Source: Somniosus microcephalus
Taxonomy: Eukaryota
NCBI GenBank assembly: GCA_052327205.1
Contig: CM126226.1
Coordinates: 1,426,001-1,490,000, forward strand
Length of the DNA stretch: 64,000 nucleotides
Direction of reading: 5' to 3'
Positions 36,326-49,475 of the stretch are shown here, in pieces. The notes beneath the pieces are model-generated. The model was not told where the DNA came from and did no database searches. It saw nothing but the letters and a program-made list of their open reading frames with translations. Numbering within the stretch: the first letter of the stretch is position 1; every line of letters starts with the position of its first letter. The position numbers and the translations under genes are program-made.

Positions 36326-38016
36326 GTACGTTGGCAATAAGCCCTGGGAGACCAAGGGTTCTGAGCTTTATATTTTCACATTATCTACATGTAATTGTTG
36401 AGCACAATCAATATGCAAAGGATCTGTAGGCTAATTCTCCACATCCAAAATTCTTTTGGAAAACCAAAGCAAACCACACCAAGGACCTGGATTTGCAGTT
36501 ATCAAAAGCAGTCTCAGAACATGGATCTGATTCCTAAACCAGTTGGAATTCTGAACACTAAAATTCACCACTCATACCTGCCCTCTGATAAATCCCCTTC
36601 TCCGGTTTCTGTGTGACATTGGCTGCTGCTGAAGAAACCTAATATTAGGAAAACCGCAAGTTCTTTAAATTACTCTAAGCGTAAGCGCGCACCTGATCTG
36701 GGTCCTCGATCTTGTACACATTATGCTCACCCACCCTGTTTTAATATTTTTTCTAACCACGTTGCACATCTGTGTCTGTGTCTCATTCTCTTACACACAA
36801 CGTACATAAGGCGTATCTCAACACCATCTCCAGGGCAGCAGCACAGTGACTCGCACGGTTTAACTACAGTTGAGGACCTCAAACAATTTGATGCAGCAAG
36901 CTGGCTTTAACATTTATATCACCCGGTCATTCTCCCCTTTTGTTGTCTTAATCCTTTGAGTATATTCCACCTGTGTATACAAAGCTGTATCCTTCCCCCT
37001 CCCTCCCCCTCACCCTGCATTTCTCTTCCGCCAACTAGAAGCTTTCTACTCATACATTCTCCAATTGCTCCAACTCTGTCTGTACCTGACCCTCTGCGCA
37101 AAGCCTGATACCCCAGAGTAGTAAAGACTGCCTTCCTGAACCAGGAACGTAGCATAAAGCTCTTCAAAAGGCAATGTCTGAGATGTTCCTCCCAAATTGA
37201 TGAAAGATTATTCATCATCGTCATCCACTTGCCTTTATATAGCATCTTTAATGTAGGAAAATGTCCCGTGGTGTTTCACAGATGCCTAATCGGATCAAAA
37301 GGGCAGTGAGCCAACGGAGGAGGTATTAGGGAGGGTGACTAAAATCTCGGTCAAAGAAGTAGGTTTTATTGAGGCCCTTAAAGAAGGAGAGAGAGGCAGA
37401 GCGGTTTAAGGAGGGAATTTCAGAGCACGGGTCTTAGACAGTTGAAGGGGGAGTGGGGATGCCCAAGTGGCCCGAGTCTGGGAAACACAGAGTTCACCGA
37501 GGGTTTTAGGGCTGGAGGTTACAGAGGTAAGGAGGGTGGAGAAGACATTTAATGTGTATGTGGGTGTTGATCTCCATTCAAAAACTGAAGAACATGCCTT
37601 TGTGTAAATAATCTACGCCTGGTGCATACTCCTGAACGCTTACTCGGAGATCTGGCACAGGTACAATTGGCCAAGTCGGCACCTTCTGTACTATAACATT
37701 CTATAATTCTAAGGCATTGACATCGACCAGGAAGCAAGTAATGTAGTAAAAGGTATTGAGTAAACACTTAAGACATTAGTCGCCATCGATTCCCTCTTCT
37801 TGCCACCCCTCCCCCGCCAGTTGGATGAGGAGCTCGAAGAACTTTCATAGAATGAAGGAGGCCAAGTTAAGGGTGGATATTATAAGGATCCCAACCAAGA
37901 GGTTGGGTAGGAGATCCTCTCTTAAACAGGATCGTCTCAAGACTAGAGGTCTATCACACGCGTACAGAAAGATTAGGGTAGATTTTCCTCAATGATTCAC
38001 TGAACCTGGCAGGAGG

Positions 38017-38641
38017 CACCTGTCCCTGGATTCCCCCCCCCTGTGGCCACCTGTCCCTGGATTCCCCCCTGTGGCCACCTGTCCATGGATTCCCCCCTGT
38101 GACCACCTGTCCATGGTTCCCCTCCGTGGCCACCTGTCCATGGTTTCCCCCCCCCCCCCCCCCCGTGGCCACCTGTCCATGGATTCCCCCACCCCCCGTG
38201 ACCACCTGTCCATGGATTCCCCCCCGTGGCCACCTGTCCATGGATTCCCCCCCCGTGACCACCTGTCCATGGATTCCCCCCCCGTGGCCACCTGTCCATG
38301 GATTCCCCCCCCCCGTGACCACCTGTCCATGGATTCCCCCCCGTGACCACCTGTCCATGGATTCCACCCCCCCCCCCCGTGGCCACCTGTCCATGGATTC
38401 CCCCCTGTGACCACCTGTCCATGGTTTTCCCCCGTGACCACCTGTCCATGGATTCCCCCCTGTGACCACCTGTCCATGGATTTCCCCCCCCCCCGCCCCG
38501 TGGCCACCTGTCCATGGATTCCCCCCCGTGACCACCTGTCCATGGTTTTCCCCCGTGGCCACCTGTCCATGGTTCCCCCCCGTGGCCACCTGTCCCTGGA
38601 TTCCCCCCCGTGGCCACCTGTCCATGGTTTCCCCCCGTGGC
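38017..38641. repeat. About 28-bp minisatellite with variable C-tracts (GTG[G/A]CCACCTGTCCATGGATT-Cn), about 21 copies
   Basis: Read directly; source of the Gly-rich minus-strand ORFs. Confidence 0.95.
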
Positions 38642-40022
38642 CCAGGCCTGCTCCTGGCTGGGCCATACCACTGAAAATTGGGGGGGAAATCTGTGTGAAG
38701 CTGCAGGATTCTCAGGCCTGTGGCCGTGCTTCATATTTTCCCACTGATGTTGAGTAAAATAATTTAAGACTTGCTTCATGACCTCCGACCTGCCCCTGAA
38801 CCTTTACAGATCTTCCAGTCAACCAACACCATCAAAACTTAACCAGTCATTTATTTCACTACTGTTTGTGGGAGCTTGCTGTGCGCAAATTGGCTGCCGT
38901 GTTTTCTCCATTACAACGGTGACTCCCCTTAAAAAGTACTTCATTGGCTGTGAAGAGCTTTGCAGCGTCCTGAGGATGTGAAAGATGCGATATTGGGGAT
39001 CCGAGGGCAGATCCTCGCACCCAGTAATCGTCAGGGGCCTGGCACTGAGGCTGGAGGACTGGTCCTGTTCCTACTGCAGATTGTGGGAAGGCCCCAGGGA
39101 GTGCCAGGCTGTACAATGGGAGTAGACGCCTGGTGTAATGCGTCCCCACTGTTTTTTTCCTCTTCCCTGCGCCTGGAAATGAGAAAATCCCCCGTTATTT
39201 TGAAAATATAATGCAAATTATTATAATCTTGTGCATTTCCCCCTCATTTTGGCCCACCATTGATGGCCATGGCTTAGGCCGTGTAGTTCCCACGCTCTGT
39301 AATTCCCTCCCTATACTCCTCTGCCTCTCCACCACCACCTCCTCCTTTGAGTCCCTCCTTTAAACCCATCTCTTTGATCAAGTGTTTAGTCGTCCCACCT
39401 AATCGCCCCTTTTTTGGCTTCGAGGCCCATTTTGATGACGTCTCTGTGAAGAACCTTGGGCGGTTTTTCCACGTTAATGCACCTGATTTGAGAGTCTTAC
39501 TGATGCGAGTAGCCTGCGAGGGTTTCCTAACTAATGAAGGGTCACAAGTTGAAGCCCATTCGTTTCAACCCTCGTGCCCTCACTGGGGCTTTAGCTGCAT
39601 TGTGTGGGTGCTGAGTTAGAACATGATGTGGCAGGAAACCTTCTGAGGAGTCAGAGCTGGAAGTTAACTGCACAGATCTCTTGCTCTCCACACACGGATG
39701 GTCAGTGGTCTGATTGTTAATAAAAGTGCCTAATAGAAATATTGAAATAGGTTTTATTCATTTAAAAATAATACTAGTTAACTATTTAATAGGAGAGCGA
39801 CTGATCGCGATCAGAAGGACATCAGGGCTAGATTGGAATTTCCCTGGACCTGCTGCCAATCTACGGGTTAAATAAAGGCAACTGAAGTCTCTTGAAAGTA
39901 CTCATGACATATTTTACATTGGCCAGATTTGACTCTGTTCTTTGTTTATGTTGGATAAAATAAATAGCCTGTAAGAAAAAGCTCAATAGCATACACATAA
40001 CTAGATTTACTCTCTTCTTTAG

Positions 40023-40187
40023 ATCGCAGTCCTTTCCTGGTTAGTATTACCCCTGAGAGAGCAACAGTGGAACAAGGTAGCACGGTGATACTGAAATGCC
40101 AGGCTGTTGGTCAAGCTCCCTTATACTACTACTGGAGCAGAGCCGATGGTCAGGCCTTATCCAGCCGCGTTCAGCAAAGAGACCAAG
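40023..40187 (+). CDS. HSPG2: Perlecan domain IV first Ig module, exon a: RSPFLVSITPERATVEQGSTVILKCQAVGQAPLYYYWSRADGQALSSRVQQRDQ
   Basis: ctttAG/GTaatg, 165 nt phase 1/1; Ig Cys and Trp; human APLVVEVHPARSIVPQGGSHSLRCQVSGSPPHYFYWSREDG. Confidence 0.96.
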
Positions 40188-41708
40188 GTAATGGTGCACT
40201 GGCAATCACTCCAGAAACTTATTCAATGTTTCAAACTGGGACCGCGGTCGACACTTGTGCTGAAAATACATTCTGATTTGATGAAAGGGCATTCCTGGGT
40301 TCCAGATACTTGTGATGACTTTTAGCACTGGCATTACGCATGCTCCTGCCAGTTGACGCAAGGCGTGGAAATTGTTCAACACTTCCCAGGAACTGCATTT
40401 CACAATTACTGTGGTCTGGTTGAGAGTTGATCAAGAGTCTTGTATCAAGTGCTCGCAGCTCTTTCTGCTGATTTATCCAGCCGTGCATGTGGGAGATTTT
40501 GGTGCTTCCATCTCAAAGGGTGGATGAAGAAACATTCGTTAAAATCGTATACTGTCTATGAACACTCGAGCATTCATGGTCATTCGCAGGAGGTTTTACT
40601 GTGAATTAGTTGAATAGGATGAGTATTTGGGATAACCGACTTTGCTGGACATGTAAAGAGGAGCTGGGAACCCTGGTCCACGTGTTTTGGGGCTGTGGGC
40701 AATTCTGAAACCCTGGTCTTTTCCTCCCTTTAAAGTCATCGACGGTTAAGGCGACCTTTCTCCCCCACTCTAGCAATACTGGGGGACCTGGGCTTCAGCC
40801 CCAGGTGTAAGCCTAGGTTGTCCCTGTTATCACACAGTCGTCAGGAAGACTGTTGTTCAATATTACTAGTCTCAGCTGATTGTTGAAGTCGGTGTGGAAG
40901 GCAGCTGTTTTGGTGATGGTTGTTTTTTTAGACCAGGGTGTCTAACTGAGAGATTGGAGGGTCCGGCCTTCTCTGTATTAGGGACCGAGCCGGTCTAGGA
41001 ATGGTTTAGTAAAACTTTAGTTGTCACCCGAGGGTGGCGTTCCCCCATTGGTCCTTGTTTGGACCACTTCTGCAGTGCCCTAGATACCAGGAAGGTGAAT
41101 GGGTTATGGATTGCAGATACTGCTCTGGGTTTGCCCTTAACCTTGTAATAATTTAGTTTAGCTGTTGGATTCCACTGTTCGAACTATGCCACACTCTAGT
41201 TTTTGGGAGAATTGTTTCATTAGTGGCCACGAAAGAGACTGTGCCCTTCAGGGATTTGTGACCGCTCCTGTTTGGATCACTCTTGTGGTCGCACTTGATC
41301 GAACAATCCAGGCCCAACAGGTGATGACTAAAGTCCATATTTAACTATTTGAAAGTCCAGATAAAGGACAGACTTGAAAAGAAACGTGCAGAATTCACGT
41401 TGAATGCAGGCTTTTCGGTTTAGCGAGGAAGGCTGAGATTTGTTGTGACAGTGTTACTGGTGGAGACATAGGTTGGATTTGAGCACTCGCTAGCCTGTGG
41501 TGCTGATCTCCAGTGGACTGACGATGTAGCCATTGACCTTTGATGTTGCAGAGGATAGCCATGGCACCAAATAGATCATCTGCCCCTCCCATCGATTGGC
41601 TGTCGATGATTTAGAGCTAGATTGAGTTTAGGAACAAAGGGTTTGTCTATCTGCTGCTATAAGTAACATGGGGTGACTAACCGTTCCTTCTGCATTCTTC
41701 TCTTCCAG

Positions 41709-41819
41709 GCGAAGAGCTGTTGATCCGGGAGATTAAATCATCTGATGGCGGGATTTACATATGTACCTGTCGCAACATGCAAAGCACCAATTCAAGTCGG
41801 GTTGAAGTCATTGTTACTG
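41709..41819 (+). CDS. HSPG2: Perlecan domain IV first Ig module, exon b: GEELLIREIKSSDGGIYICTCRNMQSTNSSRVEVIVT
   Basis: ttccAG/GTgagt, 111 nt phase 1/1; DxGxYxC motif, YICTCRN as in human. Confidence 0.97.
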
Positions 41820-42737
41820 GTGAGTTCCAGAAAATAACTCAAACCTAAATCAAAATCCAATGAGATCACTCTACGCTTTGAACCGATCACTGCAGTACAG
41901 AAACAATTCAAACCTCACTTTCACAGTCCCAGGGAGATCGAGGGCTCTTGTATTTTACTGGGTCCACTTCCTCCCCAACATTTGACATCTTTTTATTGTG
42001 TTTTGTTTCTGTGACGTTTTGGTTTTTATGTAATTTAAAAAAAAAGAGAATCAATTGTCTGAGTTTGAAATGAATGTCCTGCTCCCCCGGTTTATGTCAT
42101 TGTGTCGTCTTCTTTCCCCTCTCTTCCCATTGAAGGTTTTCCCATCGAGAATAACGCTTGTTCCAGCCCGTCGATAAAAGAACCAAATCTGTCTGCAGTA
42201 GTTTGTGAACCAGAGTATATATTATAGCTTTATTTCTTGCAATTTTTTCTGTTAACTTATTGTTGCAAATGTTGAGAGTTTTTAATATTACACATCAGGT
42301 GTTGAGAAGCTAATGTTTGCGTAGCTACGGGAACTGCCCCTTGGGAAGCGGAAGCATTATTTGATTCAGAAAAATTTGTTTTAATTTCCTTGATTATAAT
42401 TTATAAAGCACGATCCTCATATTTGTGTGTGTGTAATTTCTCAAAGATCAGTAGATCTTTGATTTACTCCTGTGTTCAAAATCAAATAATATTCCCAGTT
42501 CCTCAAAGCACATACAGGTGGTGCTCTGAGATACCCTGTCACATTAACAGGTACTGCACTGAAATACATTGTAAATGTACTGAATCATGGGAGTGCTTCT
42601 CACTTTGAACGACCATAAATCTACTGTAACAATGGCTTTACTGCAGTAGTCTCACTGTATACAATGGAAACCGTGCAGCGTGATATTCCTTTCCTGATAA
42701 TATATTCCAAACAGACTGAGTGCCAAGGTATGCAGGG

Positions 42738-43240
42738 AGCTATGTGATTGCATTGGAGAGGGTGCAGAGGAGATTCACCAGGATGTTACCTGGGCTGGAG
42801 CGTTTCAGCTATGAAGAGAGACTGGACAGGCTGGGGTTGTTTTCCTTAGAGCAGAGAAGGCTGAGGGGGGACCTGATTGAGGTGTACAAAATTATGAGGG
42901 GCATAGATAGGGTAGATAGAAAGAAACTTTTCCCCTTAGTAGAGGGGTCAATAACCAGGGGGCATAGTTTCAAGGTAAGGGGCAGGAGGTTTAGAGGGGA
43001 TTTGAGGAAAAACTTTTTCACCCAGAGGGTGGTTGGAATCTGGAACTCACTGCCTGAAAGGGTGGTAGAGGCAGGAACCCTCACAACATTCAAGAAGCAT
43101 TTAGATGAGCACTTGAAACGCCATAACATACAAGGCTACGGACCAAGTGCTGGAAAATGGGATTAGAATAGACAGGGCTTGTTGGCCGGCGCGGACTCGA
43201 TGGGCTGAAGGGCCTCTTTCTGTGCTGTATGACTCTATGT
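42738..43240 (+). mobile_element. CR1/HER1 LINE 3' fragment
   Basis: LERVQRRFTRMLPG...FFTQRVVGIWNSLP ORF and tail; closely similar to 60927-61440 on the minus strand. Confidence 0.92.
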
Positions 43241-43361
43241 GCATCAGATCTATGAGCTGCTCCGGAGAGAATCAATTGTCTGGCTCGAACAACCCTGTAA
43301 ATCCCCCCCATCTTAGGTGGTTTTCAAAACAGCATCTGGAGAGAGCCTGTGGCACATTAAA

Positions 43362-43960
43362 CAGGAGCAAGGATGTCTTGCTGCAGTTGTACAGGGCCTT
43401 GGTGAGACCACACCTTGAGTATTGTGTGCAGTTTTGGTCGCCTTATCTGAGGAAGGATGTTCTTGCCATGGAGGGAGTGCAGCGAAGATTCACCAGACTG
43501 ATACCTGGGATGGCAGGAATGACGTATGAGGAGAGATTGGGTCGATTAGGCTTATATTCGCTAGAGTTTAGAAGAATGAGAGGGGATCTCATTGAAACGT
43601 TTAAAATTCTAACAGGACTAGACAGACTAGATACAGGAAGGATGTTCCCGATGGCGGTGGAGTCCAGAACCAGGGGTCACAGTCTAAGGATAAGGAGTAA
43701 GCCATTTAGGACTGAGATGAGGAATTTCTTCACCCAGAGAGTGGTGAACCTGTGGAATTCTCTACCACACAGGGCAGTTGAGGCCAATTCATTAAATGTA
43801 TTCAAGAAGCAGTTGGATATATTTCTTGAGGCTAAAGGGATCAAGGGATATGGGGAGAAGGCAGGGACAGGGTACTGAATTTGGATGATCAGCCATGATC
43901 GCATTGAATGGCGGAGCAGGCTCGAGGGGCCGAATGGCCTACTCCTGCTCCTATCTTCTA
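43362..43960 (+). mobile_element. CR1 LINE 3' fragment abutting the next copy
   Basis: LYRALVRPHLEYCVQFWSP...GYGEKAGTGY stop, then 3' UTR. Confidence 0.92.
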
Positions 43961-45662
43961 CCACAAATAATCTCCCAGAGATGTCGGGGAACATAGGGTC
44001 TGATGAAAGGGAGGAACTGAAAGAAATCAGTATTTGTAGGGAAATGGTGTTGGGGAAATTGATGGGATTGAAGGCCAATAAATCCCCAGGGCCTGATAAT
44101 CTACATCCTAGGGTACTTAAGGATGTGGCCCGAGAAATAGTAGATACATTGCTGATCATCTTCCAACATTCGATGGAATCTGGAACAGTACCCATGGATT
44201 GGAGGGTAGCTAATGTTACCCCGCTATTCAAAAAAGGTGGTAGAGAGAAAACGGGGAATTACAGACCGATAAGCCTGACATCGGTAGTGGGGAAAATGCT
44301 AGAGTCCATTATAGAAGATGTAATAGCAGAGCACTTGGAAAACGGTGACAGGATCGGACAAAGTCAACATGGATTTACAAAAGGTAAATCGTGCTTGACT
44401 AATCTACTGGAATTTTTTGAGGATGTAACTGGTAAAATAGATAAGGGAGAACCAGTGGATGTGGTGTATTTGGACTTTCAAAAGGCTTTCGATGAGGTCC
44501 CGCATAAGCGATTAGCGTGTAAAGTTAAGGCACATGGGATTGGGGGCAAGATATTGACTTGGATAGAGAACTGGTTGGCAGACAGAAAGCAAAGAGTTGG
44601 AATAAACGGGTCTTTTTCCAAGTGGCAGGCAGTGACTAGTGGGGTACTGCAGGGATCGGTCCTAGGACCCCGGCTATTCACAATATATATTAACGATCTA
44701 GACGAGGGAACTAGATGTAATATCTCCAAGTTTGCAGACGACACAAAGCTGGGTGGGCGTGTGTGCTGTGAGGAGGATGCAGAGAAACACCAGTATGATT
44801 TGGACAGGTTGGGTGATTGGGCAGAAGCATGGCAGATGCAATATAACGTGGATAAATGCGAGGTTATCCACTTTGGTGTCAAAAACAGGAAGGCAGATTA
44901 TTATCTGAATGGCAATAGATTGGGAGAAGGGGAAGTGCAACGACACCTGGGCGTCCTTGTGCACCAGTCGCTGAAGGTAAGCATGCAGGTGCAGCAGGCA
45001 GTTAAGAAGGCAAATGGTATGTTGGCCTTCGTAGCGAGAGGGTTCGAGTACAGGAACAAGGATGTCTTGCTGCAGTTGTACAGGGCCTTGGTGAGACCAC
45101 ACCTTGAGTATTGTGTGCAGTTTTGGTCGCCTTATCTGAGGAAGGATGTTCTTGCCATGGAGGGAGTGCAGTGAAGATTCACCAGGCTGATACCTGGGAT
45201 GGCAGGAATGACGTATGAGGAGAGATTGGGTCGATTGGACTTATACTCGCTGGAGTTTAGAAGATTGAGAGGGGATCTCATTGAAACTTATAAAATTCTG
45301 ACAGGACTGGACAGACTAGATGCAGGAAGAATGTTCCTGATGGTCGGGGAGTCCAGAACCAGGGGTCACAGTCTAAGGATAAGGGGTAGGCCATTTAGGA
45401 CAGAAATGAGGAGGAATTTCTTCACCCAGAGAGCGGTGAACCTGTGGAATTCTCTACCACAGAAGGCAGTGGAGGCCAGTTCATTAAATATATTCAAGAA
45501 GGAGTTAGATATATTTCTTAAGGCTAAAGGGATCAAGGGATATGGGGAGAAGGCGGGGACAGGGTACTGAGTTTGGATGATCAGCCATGATCTCATTGAA
45601 CGGCGGAACAGGCTCGAGGGGCCGAATGGCCTACTCCTGCTCCTATCTTCTATGTTTCTATG
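43961..45662 (+). mobile_element. Young CR1 LINE, 5'-truncated, near-intact RT
   Basis: KSPGPD, NYRPISLTS, QHGF, YLDFQKAFD, KFADDTK; a single in-frame TGA at 45172-45174 where the sister copy has CGA; (TTCTATGT)n tail. Confidence 0.97.
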
Positions 45663-46221
45663 TTTAAACACACTGTGCTCAGAGCGATTCCTCATAAACG
45701 AAGTTGGAAAAAATGTACAGTTCACTCCTTTTAACCGGAAGTCATTCAATTTCAATTATTAATTCAACTTTTGTTTGAGCACTAAAAGCCTACGTTGGTT
45801 TATTTAAATTGATTCATTTGGTTAACTGGATAATTCAAATTTTCTTGAGCAAAAAGCGAATTTGAATTAACCAGTGTGTCGGCACCAGCAGAATATACAA
45901 CGTGCAACAGTTCAACTCCTGCAAGGCCTGCAAGATTCCCAGATGACAACATCACTCCTGAGTTACCAGGTTTTCCTCACATGTATGTAGACTAGGGCAG
46001 TAGACCATGATGTGTTTTATCCCTTTATGATTGCCTTTTTTTTGTATTGAAGTCTTTCCTTTGTTTATGATTCAACACTACTTCCGAGCTGCCATATGTT
46101 GATTTTCTATTCTATTTTTGTAGCCTGTTTAGGATTGGGCTTTTCAGTGTGTTGATGTTCCTGATCTTGCTGAAAGGATATCAATATATCTGTGATGTGC
46201 ATCTACCTGTTTTATCCACAG

Positions 46222-46322
46222 TCCCATCGTTCAGAGCCATAACAGTGACCGTGGAAGAACCGAAGACACAAACAGTGAGATCTGGCGTCACAGTCAATTT
46301 TATCTGTACAGCAAAGAGCCAG
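46222..46322 (+). CDS. HSPG2: Perlecan domain IV second Ig module, exon a: PSFRAITVTVEEPKTQTVRSGVTVNFICTAKSQ
   Basis: ccacAG/GTaaac, 101 nt phase 1/0; human PITVTVEEQRSQSVRPGADVTFICTAKSK. Confidence 0.97.
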
Positions 46323-46939
46323 GTAAACATCCCTCAGCCACTCCGCGCTGGGCACCCCCGCTCCGCGCCGGGGATGCCCACTCCGCGCCTGGGACCTGCT
46401 CCGGTTTCGAGTATTGGAAGTAAATGCCTGAGGGCCAGTCACTCATCCTCCCAGCTTTAGTGCGTGCATGAGCTGGAGCAAAAAGCAGAGAAATGATCAA
46501 CTAGAGAAAATAGTGTGTGTTTTTTTGGAGTTTTACCCCACGACAGTAACGACCGAAGTTTCTCCCTGGGGTGCCCTGGTGCTCCCCCTGGTGGCCCGGG
46601 AGCAGGTCACCTGCTCACCATCTTGGCCACTGAATGGGGCTCGGTGCAAAGGATTTGCAGAAACTGATATATGGAGGCGAGACATAAAGCATGGAAATCA
46701 CCCAGAATCATTTAAGATGTACAGTTTAAACTAAAAAACCTCCGAAGTTTGATTAGTATTCAGTACTCCGTGAGAAACTGTCTCCAAACACTGAGAGACA
46801 CTGGTGTTAGAAAGTACACAAGAGCCCTGAATAATCAGTCAGTTACTCTTCAGATACCGAGTCATTACACGGAAGGCCATGACTCTTTAAAAAGAGAGAT
46901 ACTTAAGCAATATAGAACAATAGTGGGAATAGCATTTAG

Positions 46940-47375
46940 AAAGAAAGGACTTGCATTTATATAGCGCCTTTCACAACCTCAGACTATCCCAAAGGGCTTC
47001 AGAGTCAATAAAGTACTTTTGAAGTGTAGTCACTGTTGTAAGGAAATGCTGCAGCCAGTTTACACACAGCAATGTCCCGCAAACAGTTAATGACCAGATA
47101 ATATGTTTTTAGTGATGTTAGTTAAGGGATAAATATTGGCCAGGACGCTCGGAGTTCTTTGAATTAGTGCCATGGGATCTTTTACATCCAACTGAGAGGG
47201 TAGACGGGGCCTCGGTTTAACGTCTCATCTGAAAGACGGTACCTCTGACAGTGCGGCACTCCCTCAGCACGGCACTGGAGTGTCGGCCTGAATTTTGAGC
47301 TCCAGTCGCTGGAGTGGGACTTGAAACTACAACCTTCTGATTGGAAGGCGAGAATGCTAACTGAGCCACACCTGA
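46940..47375 (-). mobile_element. Deu-domain SINE (SacSINE1-like)
   Basis: tRNA-like head on the minus strand (GTGGCTCAG...GTTTCAAGTCCCACTCCAG), central GTCTTTCAGATGAGACGTTAAACCGAGGCCCC, L2-like tail; partial copies near 3230, 38845 and 51030. Confidence 0.7.
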
Positions 47376-47595
47376 CACCTACATTTATCATTTCTCTGAA
47401 CTTTTTTTTTTAATTGCTCAATTTGAAAAGCATCTGTGCAATAGGTAATTAGTGGTTTTACACTTGGACGTTGTTACCAGTGGAAATTTCTTGCTATTTT
47501 TTAACTATAGCACTGATTATAGACTTGATAACTGTTTGGCGATATTTGCATGTTCAGTCGCGGAATGTGACATTTGGTGTCATTTTGATTTCTAG

Positions 47596-47776
47596 TCGCC
47601 AGCGTACACGCTGGTGTGGACCCGTCAGCTCGGGGGAAAACTCCCAAACACCGCTGTGGACTTCAATGGAATCCTGACCATCCGCAATGTTCGCCCGGAG
47701 GATGCTGGCGTCTACATCTGCACAGGCTCCAACATGTTTGCAATGGACGAGGGGACTGCTGTCCTACACGTGCCAG
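47596..47776 (+). CDS. HSPG2: Perlecan domain IV second Ig module, exon b: SPAYTLVWTRQLGGKLPNTAVDFNGILTIRNVRPEDAGVYICTGSNMFAMDEGTAVLHVP
   Basis: ttctAG/GTtcgt, 181 nt phase 0/1; SPAYTLVWTR, DFNGILTIRNV and CTGSNMFAMD identical to human. Confidence 0.98.
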
Positions 47777-49297
47777 GTTCGTGATCTGCACCATTAAGTA
47801 CTCATCATCCTCTCCTCCCATGGTGCATGGCATTCCACCTACTGCCCCCCTGTGCCCTTTGCCCTGTGACCTGCAAACAGCACTGCACTTTGACCTACAC
47901 ATTACGTCTCTCTGTTCTTCCGCACTCTGCTTTCTCTGTGCTGTGGCTGACCCCTTGCTTCACCTGTTTCAATGTTCTAGCTGCAGCTTTGTCTTAGACT
48001 TTTCTGATCTAGTTTGTCTTTTTTTCCCCCTTTTTATTTTTTTTATTTGACCCCTTTAGTACAATCTGGCCCTGTTAAATAAATTAAATTGAGATATTTA
48101 TAGTGAGTGAATTTGATTTTAGTAAATAATAGGAACTTTTTTGGGGGGGGGGGGGGAAGTTGGAGAGTTTTTTTTAGCTAACTTTCTTTGTTCTCATCCA
48201 GGTTTTATTTTAGTTTTGTTCGCCCCGCGCAGAGCTTAAAGGACGCTAGTTAGTTTCAACATGGCTGGCAGTCCCCACGGAAATCCTTGGTCTGAAGTTT
48301 CTGCGCAGCGTTAGCGGGACCTAAATTCTGGGTCATAGCCTGTTCCCAAATGGAGATGGCAATCTCCAGAGGGTCTCGGTGAGGCCTGTCTTAGCATTCT
48401 GCCACAGCTGCAATCTGAAGGGGAAAAAAGAGGGGCACTGGAGGCCCTGAACTGATTTGTTTTTCTATAATGTCCTCATCTGTAGACTTCTACTGACCAT
48501 ATCAAGATTGTCTCTGCAGGTCATCCTTCAAGGGCTTAGCTAGAGCCATTCATGTAGCAGGCATGTCGAGTTGCTCATTAATTCAGGGCAGTCGGGGTTA
48601 GTGCAGTAGCAGTGCCATCTATAAAGATTTTTGCTGGGCAAGGGTGTTGAGGGTTATGGAACCAAGGCGGGTAGATGGAGTTAAGCTACAGTTCAGCCAT
48701 GATCTAACTGAATGGCGGAACAGGTTGTTGGGGCTGAATGGCCTCCTCCTGTTCCAATGTGCAGTAGTTGTTCTGCGACCTGACTATAATTGAACACTGG
48801 TATGAAATGGTCTGAACACCAGTACTGTAACTCATCATAATCTACTGCTCCTTACAGATGTAGGTCAGAGCTTCTGAAAATAGAGTCTCTTGCAATTAAA
48901 ATGATTTTTATGCCCCTTTTGAAATGTGAAAACCAAAATATATGTAGTTTCAATATTTTTACTTTTTATTAAATCTACTTCCTTCATTTACACAATCATT
49001 GTTTACACCGCACATTGTAACTTGTAGATAATTTACATACTGTATATTTGATATATTTCTAGCCTGTGGGGAGCTGTGGTACCTTATAATTGCTAGCGTT
49101 TGAAACCCGGCTACACAACCATTCGATTTACAGAACCCCACCCCTCCACTTAGATTAGTTCCACGTGGCAGACCCTAGTTGTAGGAACTGATACTTTAGC
49201 CGGACAGTTAAAATCCAGCTTTGTGATGTGAAACCTTCTACCTGTAAAAGCTGGGGTAGAGTTGGTCGGGAGGCCTCAGAATCTTGATGGGTAAAGT

Positions 49298-49475
49298 GCC
49301 GGGTCATCTCCCCGGTGCTCCGGGTCATGTCCCCCCCCCCCCCCGGTGTCCCCCCCCGGTGCTCCAGGTCATGTCCCCCCCGGTGCTCCGGGTCATGTCC
49401 CCCCCCCGGTGCTCCGGGTCATGGCCCTGGTGCTCCGGGTCATGGCCCCGGTGCTCCGGGTCATGGCCCTGGTGT
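49298..49475. repeat. Short GC-rich tandem repeat (CCGGTGCTCCGGGTCATG[T/G]CCCC), about 7-8 copies
   Basis: Read directly. Confidence 0.85.

Noticed and set aside
37954-38779. Gly/Trp-rich repeat ORFs resembling prion-like repeats
   Set aside because: Derived from the C-tract minisatellite; frames shift with homopolymer length.
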